Positions 47,551-56,025 of a stretch of DNA of 64,000 nucleotides are shown piece by piece. This stretch comes from Parcubacteria group bacterium (lineage in GTDB: Bacteria; Patescibacteriota; Minisyncoccia; 2-02-FULL-40-12), in NCBI GenBank assembly GCA_016186395.1, contig JACPLU010000001.1:5036-69035 (forward strand), given 5' to 3'. The notes under the pieces were generated by a model. It had not been told where the DNA came from, made no database searches, and worked only from the letters and a program-made list of their open reading frames with translations. The translations under genes and the position numbers were made by a program. The stretch's first letter is position 1, and each line of letters starts with the position of its first letter.

Positions 47551-48306
47551 ATGTCAACACAATTGAGTCAAGTACCTATTCTTTTAGGGACAGACGCCAT
47601 TATGCGAAGACCAGAAATAATAGAAAAAGCGGCCACTTGCAAGGGCTTAACGGTTAAAAGATATCGTGAGGATAGAGAATATTCTGAAACAGAAGTTATC
47701 GGGACATATAAGTTAGACAAAGGGTTACTAGAAGCACTTGGAAAAGTTGGCTTCACTTTTGAGCCTGGCAGGAAACCGCCTCATGATTCAATGATTTATC
47801 TAACGGGTAATTCTAACCAAAGAGGACAAGAAGTCTTTGAGTCCGATTGCTGGGCTTGGAAAAGAACAGACACAAACCACGAACTCACTATTTATCTAAG
47901 ACTCTCGGTCAGTGAAAAAGAAAGAGGTGTTGTTGTTGTTCCTCAAGTTTGGGGTAACTGTAGTGTTGGGGCATGTCATCGTCCGACTATTAACAAACTC
48001 GTTGTAGCAATTGGTGGGTATGCCACAGATGCACATCCTTTACTCAAAGAGATGGCCGTTGATTCATATCCTACGATTCACTGGAGTGACATCGGTTTAG
48101 GGGGCATAAAGTCAGTGGGTACTCTTTTCAGAGAGTTGTATGGGCACAATGAATCTGTTTCCAGGCTTGCGGATTCAAATGTTTCGCCCTTTGCTCCTAG
48201 TCCTAAGCAGGCTGGATATAACTACTTTGTAGTCGAATCATATCAGCCCAGATTGTTTGAACAGTGGAAGAATCAATTGCAGGAATATAAGGATAGACTT
48301 CGATAA
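47551..48306 (+). CDS. Hypothetical soluble protein (251 aa); no recognised domain
   Basis: Good RBS (AGGAG); somewhat higher GC and different codon choices than its neighbours; followed by a strong terminator. Confidence 0.5.
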   Translation: MSTQLSQVPILLGTDAIMRRPEIIEKAATCKGLTVKRYREDREYSETEVIGTYKLDKGLLEALGKVGFTFEPGRKPPHDSMIYLTGNSNQRGQEVFESDCWAWKRTDTNHELTIYLRLSVSEKERGVVVVPQVWGNCSVGACHRPTINKLVVAIGGYATDAHPLLKEMAVDSYPTIHWSDIGLGGIKSVGTLFRELYGHNESVSRLADSNVSPFAPSPKQAGYNYFVVESYQPRLFEQWKNQLQEYKDRLR

Positions 48307-48315
48307 GTAGAAACA

Positions 48316-48345
48316 TGGTGCGACAATCTCGCACCTTTTTGTTTT
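48316..48345 (+). terminator. Rho-independent terminator
   Basis: ggtgcga-caatc-tcgcacc followed by tttttgttttc. Confidence 0.7.
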
Positions 48346-48457
48346 CTCAAAAAACCCAGATAAAACAAGGACTTTTCAATTTTTACTGTGAGGCAGGGTA
48401 CAGATGACGACATTCTAATGTCATTCATTAATCCGTTCAAATTGAAAAAGTAATATA

Positions 48458-48772
48458 ATGATGTTACCTTTATTTTTAGTTATTTTAACAAAGGAGGGTT
48501 TTGTGGTTGCAGATTCAGGTGAAAATAAAGATAAAAATCAGGCAGTTGTTATTAAATTATTAGCTTGGCAAAACGCCGGTTTTATTCATGAAATGAATTG
48601 CCCAAGCGGTCATCTTTTAAGTCCGACTATTGAAGCTGAAAAAGTATTTCTTTTTTGTCATGTGTGTAAATTTAAGACTGAAACAATACCTGAAATAGTT
48701 TTGAATTTGGATTTAAAATCTTTAGAAGAATTAATACAAAGACTTCGCGAAGGAAAAGTGGAGGAAATATGA
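48458..48772 (+). CDS. Hypothetical small protein with a CxxxH...CxxC motif, translationally coupled to murB (ATGA overlap)
   Basis: NCPSGH...CHVCKF. A TATAAT box sits directly at the start codon, so the transcript may be leaderless. Confidence 0.4.
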   Translation: MMLPLFLVILTKEGFVVADSGENKDKNQAVVIKLLAWQNAGFIHEMNCPSGHLLSPTIEAEKVFLFCHVCKFKTETIPEIVLNLDLKSLEELIQRLREGKVEEI

Positions 48773-49851
48773 TTATTGAAGAAAATGTTTTGTTGGCTCC
48801 ACATACTTCTTTTAAAATTGGTGGTCCAGCCAAAAAGTTTGTAGAAATTAAAAGCATAGAAGAAGCTTTTGAAGTTTTTCGTTCGTCTGAACTTAAAGAT
48901 TTACCAGTTTTTGTGCTTGGTGAAGGAACAAATGTTTTGATAGGAGATGAGGGTTTTGATGGGCTAGCCATAAAAAACAGTATTAAAGGTTTTAGTTTCC
49001 ATAGAACTGATAGTTTTACCATGGTAACTGTTTTTGGTGGTGAGTCTTGGGATGGTTTTGTTTCTGCTTGTGTTGCGTCAAATTTAGCTGGTGTTGAAAA
49101 TCTTTCTGGAATTCCAGGAACAGTAGGTGCGGCACCTATTCAAAATATCGGTGCTTATGGTCAAAGTGTTAGTGATGTTATTGAAGAAATTTTAGTTATT
49201 GATCGGTTAACAGGCGCAAGGTTAAGTTTAAAAAAAGAAGAGTGTGGATTCGGTTATAGAAATAGTATTTTTAAATCTTGTCCTAAGCGTTACTTTATAG
49301 TTACAGTTGTTTTTAAACTATGGCCATATGTAAAACCGAATCTTGATTACCAAGATCTTAAAAAGGCTTTTGCGAAAAGAGATAGTATTACTATTGGAGA
49401 AATGAGGAGCGCAGTTTTGGGGATAAGAGAAAGAAAGGGCGCACTTATTTTATTTGGTTTTTTAGGATTTAATAGTGCGGGCTCATTTTTTAAAAATCCA
49501 ATTGTTGATTATGATTTATTCCGACGAGTTCAAATTCAGGTAGAGTTGTTTAGATTTAAAAATGAAATGTTATCTAACGAATGGTTTTGGAAGTTGTCTG
49601 ATGGCAGGGTAAAAATATTTGCCGCTTCTTTAATAGAATGTGCCGGTTTTTCCAGGGGTTCTTGTCTGGGTCAGGCGGGGATTTCTTCAAGACATGCGTT
49701 AGTTTTAGTAAACCTTGGAAAAGCAAAAGCCAAAGATATTGTAACTTTAGCTCAACTAATTCAATATTCTGTAAAAACCAATTTTGGAGTTTGGCTTGAG
49801 CCGGAAATAGAATTGGTCGGTTTTAAAGAAAACCCTTTGTTCAAAAGTTAA
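48769..49851 (+). CDS. murB: UDP-N-acetylenolpyruvoylglucosamine reductase
   Basis: FAD-binding N-terminus (APHTSFKIGGPAKKFVEIKS...PVFVLGEGTNVLI) and MurB C-terminal domain. Confidence 0.85.
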   Translation: MIIEENVLLAPHTSFKIGGPAKKFVEIKSIEEAFEVFRSSELKDLPVFVLGEGTNVLIGDEGFDGLAIKNSIKGFSFHRTDSFTMVTVFGGESWDGFVSACVASNLAGVENLSGIPGTVGAAPIQNIGAYGQSVSDVIEEILVIDRLTGARLSLKKEECGFGYRNSIFKSCPKRYFIVTVVFKLWPYVKPNLDYQDLKKAFAKRDSITIGEMRSAVLGIRERKGALILFGFLGFNSAGSFFKNPIVDYDLFRRVQIQVELFRFKNEMLSNEWFWKLSDGRVKIFAASLIECAGFSRGSCLGQAGISSRHALVLVNLGKAKAKDIVTLAQLIQYSVKTNFGVWLEPEIELVGFKENPLFKS

Positions 49852-49876
49852 TGAGCCGTTTGGTTTTTTTATTCTA

Positions 49877-49905
49877 TTGACTTTCTTTAAGTAAAAGTGT
49901 ACTAT
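49877..49905 (+). promoter_or_regulatory. Sigma-70-like promoter TTGACT-N17-TACTAT
   Basis: ttgactttctttaagtaaaagtgtactat, with RBS AGGGGG before the ATG at 49940. Confidence 0.45.
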
Positions 49906-49939
49906 TTAAAGGTGCTTTCAAAAAAAGGGGGTTAAAAGT

Positions 49940-50290
49940 ATGGCGTATGAATTAGTAAAGTGTAAAAAATGCGGGATGATGGTATATGCTGATATGAAAA
50001 ACAGAAATTGTAAATACTGTAAAGCTGATTTTGTTAGTCAGGGAGTGAACTTTCAAAAAATGGCGATTGAAGAATCAAGGGGAAATTATAGTAAGAAGTT
50101 GAAAAAGTTTATTAGAGGTTTCTTTTTCTTTGTGGCCATGGGTTTAATACTGGTTTATAGAGACGAACTTGCACATAATTGGAAAATTTGGGTTCTATTT
50201 TTTGTCTTTTTAGCATTTCCAGAGAGGATGTTAGATAAACTAGCCAGATATGTAGCAAAATTGCAATATCCTGATTCTCTTAATGTATGA
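49940..50290 (+). CDS. Hypothetical zinc-ribbon membrane protein
   Basis: CKKCG...CKYCK, then two TM helices. Confidence 0.45.
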   Translation: MAYELVKCKKCGMMVYADMKNRNCKYCKADFVSQGVNFQKMAIEESRGNYSKKLKKFIRGFFFFVAMGLILVYRDELAHNWKIWVLFFVFLAFPERMLDKLARYVAKLQYPDSLNV

Positions 50291-50313
50291 CCGACGATTA
50301 ACGTCGGTATTTT
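50291..50313 (+). terminator. Rho-independent terminator
   Basis: ccgacg-attaa-cgtcgg followed by tatttt. Confidence 0.6.
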
Positions 50314-50340
50314 AATTGATTTTTAGCTTTTTCAGTGTTA

Positions 50341-50460
50341 AATTATATCTAGATTTGCCGATGTAGTCCCGATTTTGCTCTGCAAAATCGAGGATCCTCG
50401 ATGGCAAAGCCGTCGGGACTCAACGGCAGAGTCCCGACTTTGTCGAGGATCCTCGATTAT
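50341..50460. repeat. Nested palindromic element related to the MITE core (two copies of TCGAGGATCCTCGA with GTCCCGA/TCGGGAC-type arms), immediately upstream of tRNA-Thr
   Basis: gattttgc-tct-gcaaaatc, atcgaggatcctcgat, gtcgggact-N9-agtcccgac, tcgaggatcctcga. Confidence 0.65.
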
Positions 50461-50474
50461 TAGCAGAACTTAGA

Positions 50475-50546
50475 GCCGGCATAGCTCAGTGGTAGAGCAA
50501 CTGTTTTGTAAACAGTAGGTCGTCAGTTCAAATCTGACTGCCGGCT
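50475..50546 (+). tRNA. tRNA-Thr (anticodon UGU)
   Basis: Acceptor GCCGGCA/TGCCGGC, D-arm GCTC-AGTGGTA-GAGC, anticodon stem ACTGT/ACAGT with loop TTTGTAA, T-arm GTCAG-TTCAAAT-CTGAC. Confidence 0.85.
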
Positions 50547-50662
50547 CTAAGTTCTGGATAATCGGGGCAACGCTTTTGTAAAGCGAAGGTTCCGAGTTCA
50601 AGTCTCAGGGTCGGCTCTAACGGGATAAATAGGTTATGGGTTCAAATTCCTCTGTCGGCTTG
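50547..50662 (+). pseudogene. Two tandem degenerate tRNA-Thr-derived remnants (one near full length with intact anticodon loop and T-arm but an unpaired acceptor; one 3'-half only)
   Basis: ...ACGCTTTTGTAAAGCG...CCGAGTTCAAGTCTCAGGGTCGGCTCT, then ...ATGGGTTCAAATTCCTCTGTCGGCTTG. Both end in the (T/G)CGGCT(C/T)T acceptor-like tail of the intact gene. Confidence 0.55.
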
Positions 50663-50772
50663 TTGAATACAATGAAAAAGGGAACCAAGTGACACTAATT
50701 AAAACAAAAGTTTGAAGTTTTGGAGGTAACCATTATTTATCTTTTCCGAAATTTTTGCTATAATATTCACTA

Positions 50773-51847
50773 ATGGAAAATATACTAGAAAAACTAGATG
50801 ATTTGAAGGCTAAATACCGCTTAACGGCGGACAGTCTTTGACTTAGCTAATGATAAAAAAAGGCTTGAAGAGCTGTTAGAACAAATAAATAAGCCTGATT
50901 TCTGGGCCAACAAAGAATCTGCGGCTAAGGGGTTGCAAGAGTTATCCGGTCTAAAAGAAAAGATAAAACTGGCTGAAGATATTGAAGATTCGCTTTCTTT
51001 GTTGGTTGAAACAGAAATAAATGAAGATAGTAGCAGACAGATAGAAAAAGAATTAAACAAGCTTGAAAAGAAAATAAATCAATTTGAGCGCAACAATAGG
51101 TTTACCGGAAAGTATGATAAAAATAATGCAATTCTTTCCTTTCACTCCGGTGCCGGAGGTGTGGATGCTCAAGATTGGACATCCATGCTTTTAAAAATGT
51201 ATCAGCTTCTAAGTTCGCGGCGCGGTTGGCAGTTTAATGTATTGAATGAGTCGTTTGGAGAGCAGGGAGGTATTAAAAATGCAGTTATGGAAGTTTCCGG
51301 TCAGAATGTTTTTGGAATCTTAAAAAAAGAGAGTGGAGTCCATAGATTAGTTAGAGTCTCCCCTTTCTCGGCAAAGAATTTACGTCATACTTCATTTGCA
51401 TTAGTTGATATAATGCCGGAGATTGAGAAACCAGAATTCAAACTAGATATAAAAGATTTAAAAATAGATACGTTTAGATCGTCTGGTCCAGGAGGCCAGA
51501 ATGTAAATAAGTTAGAAACGGCGATAAGGATAACTCATGTTCCAACTGGTATCGTGGTTGCAGTTCAATCAGAGCGTTCCCAGGCCCAGAATAAAGACAA
51601 GGCTATGCAGTTGCTTTTTTCAAAATTGCATCAGGAATTAGAAAAAGAGCATGTAGACGAAGTTTCAAAACTTAAAACTAAACTTGCTACAGGAATAGAG
51701 TGGGGAAACCAAATACGTTCCTATGTTTTACACCCATATAGATTGGTGAAAGATCACAGAACTAATGTTCAGGTTTCAAATCCAGATGCGGTTTTAAATG
51801 GTGAGTTGGACGAATTTCTTGATGTCGAAGTAGCCACTAGCCAATAG
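50773..51847 (+). CDS. prfB: Peptide chain release factor 2 with the programmed +1 frameshift (CTT TGA C at 50836-50842)
   Basis: ORF1 MENILEKLDDLKAKYRLTADSL ends at the UGA; the +1 frame continues DLANDKKRLEELLEQ...SGAGG...GGQNVNK...RSYVLHPY (SPF and GGQ motifs). Confidence 0.9.
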
Positions 51848-51912
51848 AAGCTAGTCCTTAGTAACTTTACTAGTGGCTAGGCACTGGATACTAGAAACTA
51901 AATAAAATTCGC

Positions 51913-52596
51913 ATGATAATTTTTGATAAAGTAACAAAAATATATAATGGAAGTGCACCAGCTTTAGATAATGTTAGTCTTGAAGTTAAAAAAGGCGACT
52001 TCATATCAATTATTGGTCCATCTGGTGCTGGGAAGTCAACGCTTTTGAAAATGCTTATTCGAGAAGATATTCCGACCGAAGGAAGGGTTATGGTTGGAAA
52101 AGTTGACGTCGCTAAGTTAAGCGATTCCGAAGTACCTGTATTAAGAAGGAAAATTGGCACTGTTTTTCAAGATTTTAAATTGTTAAATAATAAAACAGCA
52201 TTTGAAAACGTGGCCTTTGCTTTAGAGGTTGTGGGTACGGAACAAGAACAGATTCAGGAAGATGTTCCTCGGGTTTTAAAAATTGTAGGTTTGGAAGAAA
52301 GGGCAGAAAGTTTTCCTTCTCAATTATCCGGTGGAGAAAAACAAAGGGTTGCAATCGCTAGAGCCCTTGTCCACCGCCCGGAAATTTTACTTGCTGACGA
52401 ACCCACTGGAAATTTAGATTTGCTTAATACTTACGATGTCATTAAACTACTTTCTAAAATTAATGAATTTGGCACAACGGTTATATTGGCATCGCATGAT
52501 CGTGAAGTAGTAAATACGGTAGGTAAAAGAGTTATCTCTATGGAAAAAGGTAAAATCGTCAAAGAACAAGAAAGCGGTGGGAGGTATATTATTTAA
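51913..52596 (+). CDS. ftsE: Cell division ATP-binding protein FtsE
   Basis: Walker A GPSGAGKST, ABC signature LSGGEKQRVAIARAL, Walker B LLADEPTGNLD. Sits upstream of ftsX. Confidence 0.9.
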   Translation: MIIFDKVTKIYNGSAPALDNVSLEVKKGDFISIIGPSGAGKSTLLKMLIREDIPTEGRVMVGKVDVAKLSDSEVPVLRRKIGTVFQDFKLLNNKTAFENVAFALEVVGTEQEQIQEDVPRVLKIVGLEERAESFPSQLSGGEKQRVAIARALVHRPEILLADEPTGNLDLLNTYDVIKLLSKINEFGTTVILASHDREVVNTVGKRVISMEKGKIVKEQESGGRYII

Positions 52597-52660
52597 AAAT
52601 TAAAAGTCAAAACTCAAAGTTCAAAATTTAATAATTAAAAGTTGAAAGTTGAGAGTTGAA
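52597..52660. repeat. Family C repeat (TCAAAA orientation)
   Basis: aaaagtcaaaactcaaagttcaaaatttaataattaaaagttgaaagttgagagttgaag. Confidence 0.65.
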
Positions 52661-53591
52661 GTTTTTAATTTTAGAACACGGGGTGAAACAACATCTAAAA
52701 AGAATTTTTGAAGCAGGCTGGGTTAATTTTAAACGTAATTCTTGGCTTTCTTTTGGGACAACCGGAGTTATGGCCTTAACTCTGTTTTTGTTTGTTAGTT
52801 TAGTTGCTTTTAACGCCTTATCTAATAGCACAATCTCCAGTCTTAAAGAAAAGGTTGACGTTACTGCGTATTTCAGACCAGAAGCAGAACAAGATCAAAT
52901 TCTTGCTGTGCAAGACGATCTTAGTAAGTTATCAGAAGTCAAAAGCATAGAGTATATTTCTAAAGATGATGCTTTGAATAGGTTTAAGGAAAAACATGTG
53001 GCCGATGAATTAATTCAACAGTCACTTGAAGAACTGGGTGATAACCCGTTGCGCCCGGCATTAAATATTAAAGCAAAAGATTCGTCTCAATATGCTTCGA
53101 TTGTTCAATATTTAGAAGGCAATCGTTTTCGTGCCCTGATAGATAAAGTCAACTTTTATGAAAACGAAAGTGTTATTAATCGAATCCAAGGCATATCAAG
53201 CGGTTTGCAGAGAGGTGGGGTATTGGCAACAATATTTCTTGGAGCAATTGCAGTTTTAGTTTCTTTTAATACGATTCGTCTTACTATTTATACCCAAAAA
53301 AGAGAAATAGAAATTATGCGTTTGGTTGGCGCCTCCAGTTGGCATATTCGAGGGCCGTTTCTTGTAGAGGGAGGGCTTTACGGTTTATTTGCCGGGTTGT
53401 TGGTTTTGATCTTAATCTATCCGGCGCTTTATTTTGTTTCTCCAAAACTTTCTAACTTTTTACCTTCAATCAATCTTTTTTCATACTTTGGCCGATACTT
53501 TGGTCAGACCTTTTTGTTGGTTGTGGTCTCTGGCATTGTGTTGGGTATGCTCTCAAGCTTCATTGCGATTAGAAGATATCTGAAAATATAG
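52656..53591 (+). CDS. ftsX: Cell division permease FtsX (the probable true start is GTG at 52682; the first 9 track codons lie in repeat C)
   Basis: A large periplasmic loop between TM1 and TM2-4, FtsX topology, position after ftsE. Confidence 0.85.
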   Translation: MKFLILEHGVKQHLKRIFEAGWVNFKRNSWLSFGTTGVMALTLFLFVSLVAFNALSNSTISSLKEKVDVTAYFRPEAEQDQILAVQDDLSKLSEVKSIEYISKDDALNRFKEKHVADELIQQSLEELGDNPLRPALNIKAKDSSQYASIVQYLEGNRFRALIDKVNFYENESVINRIQGISSGLQRGGVLATIFLGAIAVLVSFNTIRLTIYTQKREIEIMRLVGASSWHIRGPFLVEGGLYGLFAGLLVLILIYPALYFVSPKLSNFLPSINLFSYFGRYFGQTFLLVVVSGIVLGMLSSFIAIRRYLKI

Positions 53592-53625
53592 AACATAGAA
53601 TTTAGAAACTAGAGTTAAGCTTTTA

Positions 53626-53650
53626 GTTCGGCTATAGCCGATTTTTTTTC
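53626..53650 (+). terminator. Rho-independent terminator
   Basis: gttcggcta-tagccgat followed by tttttttc. Confidence 0.7.
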
Positions 53651-53688
53651 TTGAAAAAATAAGAAAAATTTGGTAAAGTTTTCTTAAT

Positions 53689-53759
53689 TGCGAGGTCGTC
53701 TAATGGTAGGACAGCGCCCTCTGAAGGCGTTTATCTTGGTTCGAGTCCAAGCCTCGCAG
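53689..53759 (+). tRNA. tRNA-Gln (anticodon CUG)
   Basis: U1:A72 acceptor TGCGAGG/CCTCGCA, D-arm GTCT-AATGGTA-GGAC, anticodon stem GCGCC/GGCGT with loop CTCTGAA, T-arm CTTGG-TTCGAGT-CCAAG, discriminator G. Confidence 0.8.
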
Positions 53760-53880
53760 CAGTCCTGTGACAGGTTCTGGCGACCACGACCCGTCTACGC
53801 TAAAGCTACGAACAGGTACCGCGGGTCGCGCGCCATCACATGATACTTTTCCGCCAAGGAATGTATCCCTGCCGTTGTTT
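53760..53880 (+). other. GC-rich structured segment immediately after tRNA-Gln
   Basis: cctgtgacagg hairpin; cgacccg...cgggtcg pairing; about 60% GC over 100 bp in an AT-rich locus. Confidence 0.35.
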
Positions 53881-53900
53881 AATGTTGATAACTTTTATAT

Positions 53901-54437
53901 TTGTATACATCGCGGGGCGGTATAATAATAGTTATGATTAATAAAATATTTCTAGTTGTGATAACTATGGCATTGGTTGTGACCGGTTATTTTTTCTATC
54001 AAAATCAAAAGCTTTCAGCAGAGCTTAGTATTTTAAAAAATACAGATCTGGCGAAGGAAGTAGCAACTCTAAAATTTAAATTAAGGTCAGTTGAAGATGT
54101 CCTGACTCTTGAAAAGCGCGAACACGGGGATACTAAAAATCAGTTGACTACTGCCGAGGGTAGAGTAAAAACTCTGGAAGCAACCATAAAACAGGTTAGG
54201 CCATACGTTAATGTCTTAACTGCTTTCGATGATTGGCAACGTCCCACCGGGCTTCATATTCTCGACCGGGATACCAGCCAAATTGATAGCGCCGTCTCCG
54301 CTCTTGGTGATAATGAGGTTTCTGATCTGTGGCAAGAAGTTAAAGCTAACTTTTCAAGAGCAAAACAAACCGGTGACTTTCGTGATAATGAGGTACCCGT
54401 TCTAATAACTCAAAAACTCGCGAGATTGTTGAAATAA
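53901..54437 (+). CDS. Hypothetical membrane-anchored coiled-coil protein
   Basis: N-terminal TM (IFLVVITMALVVTGYFFY), then heptad-rich sequence. Confidence 0.45.
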   Translation: MYTSRGGIIIVMINKIFLVVITMALVVTGYFFYQNQKLSAELSILKNTDLAKEVATLKFKLRSVEDVLTLEKREHGDTKNQLTTAEGRVKTLEATIKQVRPYVNVLTAFDDWQRPTGLHILDRDTSQIDSAVSALGDNEVSDLWQEVKANFSRAKQTGDFRDNEVPVLITQKLARLLK

Positions 54438-54617
54438 ATGGAAAAACACTTCCTCTTTATTGCAGGTCGTACCACAAGCATAAAGAGTGGCAAATGGAAA
54501 CTTGTTTATACTGAAGCCTATCTTGATAGACGTGATGCGATAGGCCGGGAAAAGTTTTTGAAAAGTGGTTCTGGTCGTACTTATCTAAAAAAGCAATTAC
54601 GAAATTATTTAATGTAG
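54438..54617 (+). CDS. Small GIY-YIG-superfamily-like ORF (59 aa, C-terminal part of the domain only), in the same frame as ORF 53901 and separated only by TAA
   Basis: SGKWKLVYTEAYLDRRDAIGREKFLKSGSGR resembles the C-terminal half of small GIY-YIG proteins (...WKLVYYEEF...REKQIK.WK). Confidence 0.35.
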   Translation: MEKHFLFIAGRTTSIKSGKWKLVYTEAYLDRRDAIGREKFLKSGSGRTYLKKQLRNYLM

Positions 54618-54753
54618 CGGATTAGTAAGCCTGTCCCGTGGTGAAGTTTTACGGGGTTAGAACCTAAATTTAAGTTTTTTTACTCATGCGGTTAATCTTA
54701 CCTTGTGATAGAATGTGAGAATAAGATGTAAGCCGGGTTAAAATTTCTATGTT

Positions 54754-56025
54754 ATGGATGTTTCTCTTAGTGTTCTTCAAAAAGTAATCATCAAAGGCAA
54801 GATTAAGCCAGAAGAATTTCTTAAATTTGTATTGCCAAAACAGAAAAAGGCGTTGCTTGATGTTGCCGAAAAAATACGAGGGAAAAGGGTGGTGCATATA
54901 AATGCTGCGGCTATTGGGGGTGGGGTGGCCGAGATACTTCAAAGCCTCATACCATATCTGCGATCTCTCGGTATTGAGAGTGACTGGTATGTTATTAATC
55001 CATTAGTTGGAAAAGACTTTTTTGAGATAACTAATAAATTTCACAATTCGCTCCAGGGAGCAAATATTAGGATAACTTCTAAGGAGTGGGGTAAGTATAA
55101 AGAAATAAATGAGAAAATAGCTAAAGAACTTGAGGGAATTGATTGCGATGTTTTGGTTATCAATGACCCACAGCCTCTACTTGCCGGGAAATTAGCTCAT
55201 TCTAAAAAACATAAAGTATATATAAGTCATATCGATACTTCTACGGCGCACGATGCATTGTGGGGAAGGGTTTATCCGCTTATTCAGGGTTATCATCGTA
55301 TAATTTTTAGCAATAAAAATTTTGTGCATGGAAGTCTGTCGAAGCGTAAAGTCAGAGTGTTTACTCCTGCAATAGATCCTTTGGCGCCGAAACAGAAACT
55401 AATTAATTATGGAAAAGCCAGGCGATATTTAAAAAAATTCGGTGGGATACCAGCCGGGGTTCCCCTTGTAGTTCAGGTTTCACGGTTTGATATGTGGAAA
55501 AATCCAATCGAAGTCATAGGGGCGTTTCGTATTATTCAGTCAATGCATCCAGGAGCACATTTAGCCCTCGTCGGCTTTAATGAGGCAAAAGATAATCCGG
55601 CAGCGGTTGTGGTATACAAGGATGTCCGCGCTTTGGCCCATAAAGATCCGAGCATTCATCTTTATTTTGAGGTAGGGAAAAAGAACGTCCCAGAATTTAC
55701 AAACATGGTTCAAAATGGCGCCGATATTATAGTGCAGAATTCAATAAAAGAAGGGTTTGGACTTGTTGTCTCGGAGGCGATGTGGAAATCTAAGCCGGTG
55801 GTAGGAGGACCGGCTTTTGGCATAAGGAAACAGATTGTTGACGGACATAACGGATTTATAGTCACCACTCCCCAGGAACTGGCGAACAAGATATTGCTTC
55901 TCCTTAACAACGAGAAGAGGAGAAATAGAATGGGCAAGGCTGCGCGAGAAGTTGTCATAAAAAAGTTTTTGTTTCCTCGTTTGGTTTTTGATCATCTGAG
56001 AGTGTATCTCGCATGTCTTAAGTAG
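54754..56025 (+). CDS. Family 4 glycosyltransferase (trehalose-synthase/TreT-like GT-B)
   Basis: GGVAEILQSL N-terminal motif; C-terminal EGFGLVVSEAMWKSKPVV. Confidence 0.8.
   Translation: MDVSLSVLQKVIIKGKIKPEEFLKFVLPKQKKALLDVAEKIRGKRVVHINAAAIGGGVAEILQSLIPYLRSLGIESDWYVINPLVGKDFFEITNKFHNSLQGANIRITSKEWGKYKEINEKIAKELEGIDCDVLVINDPQPLLAGKLAHSKKHKVYISHIDTSTAHDALWGRVYPLIQGYHRIIFSNKNFVHGSLSKRKVRVFTPAIDPLAPKQKLINYGKARRYLKKFGGIPAGVPLVVQVSRFDMWKNPIEVIGAFRIIQSMHPGAHLALVGFNEAKDNPAAVVVYKDVRALAHKDPSIHLYFEVGKKNVPEFTNMVQNGADIIVQNSIKEGFGLVVSEAMWKSKPVVGGPAFGIRKQIVDGHNGFIVTTPQELANKILLLLNNEKRRNRMGKAAREVVIKKFLFPRLVFDHLRVYLACLK

Noticed and set aside
50821-51060. Antisense ORF 50821-51060 opposite prfB
   Set aside because: It overlaps the prfB frameshift region and N-terminus on the opposite strand. 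prfB is confidently coding.
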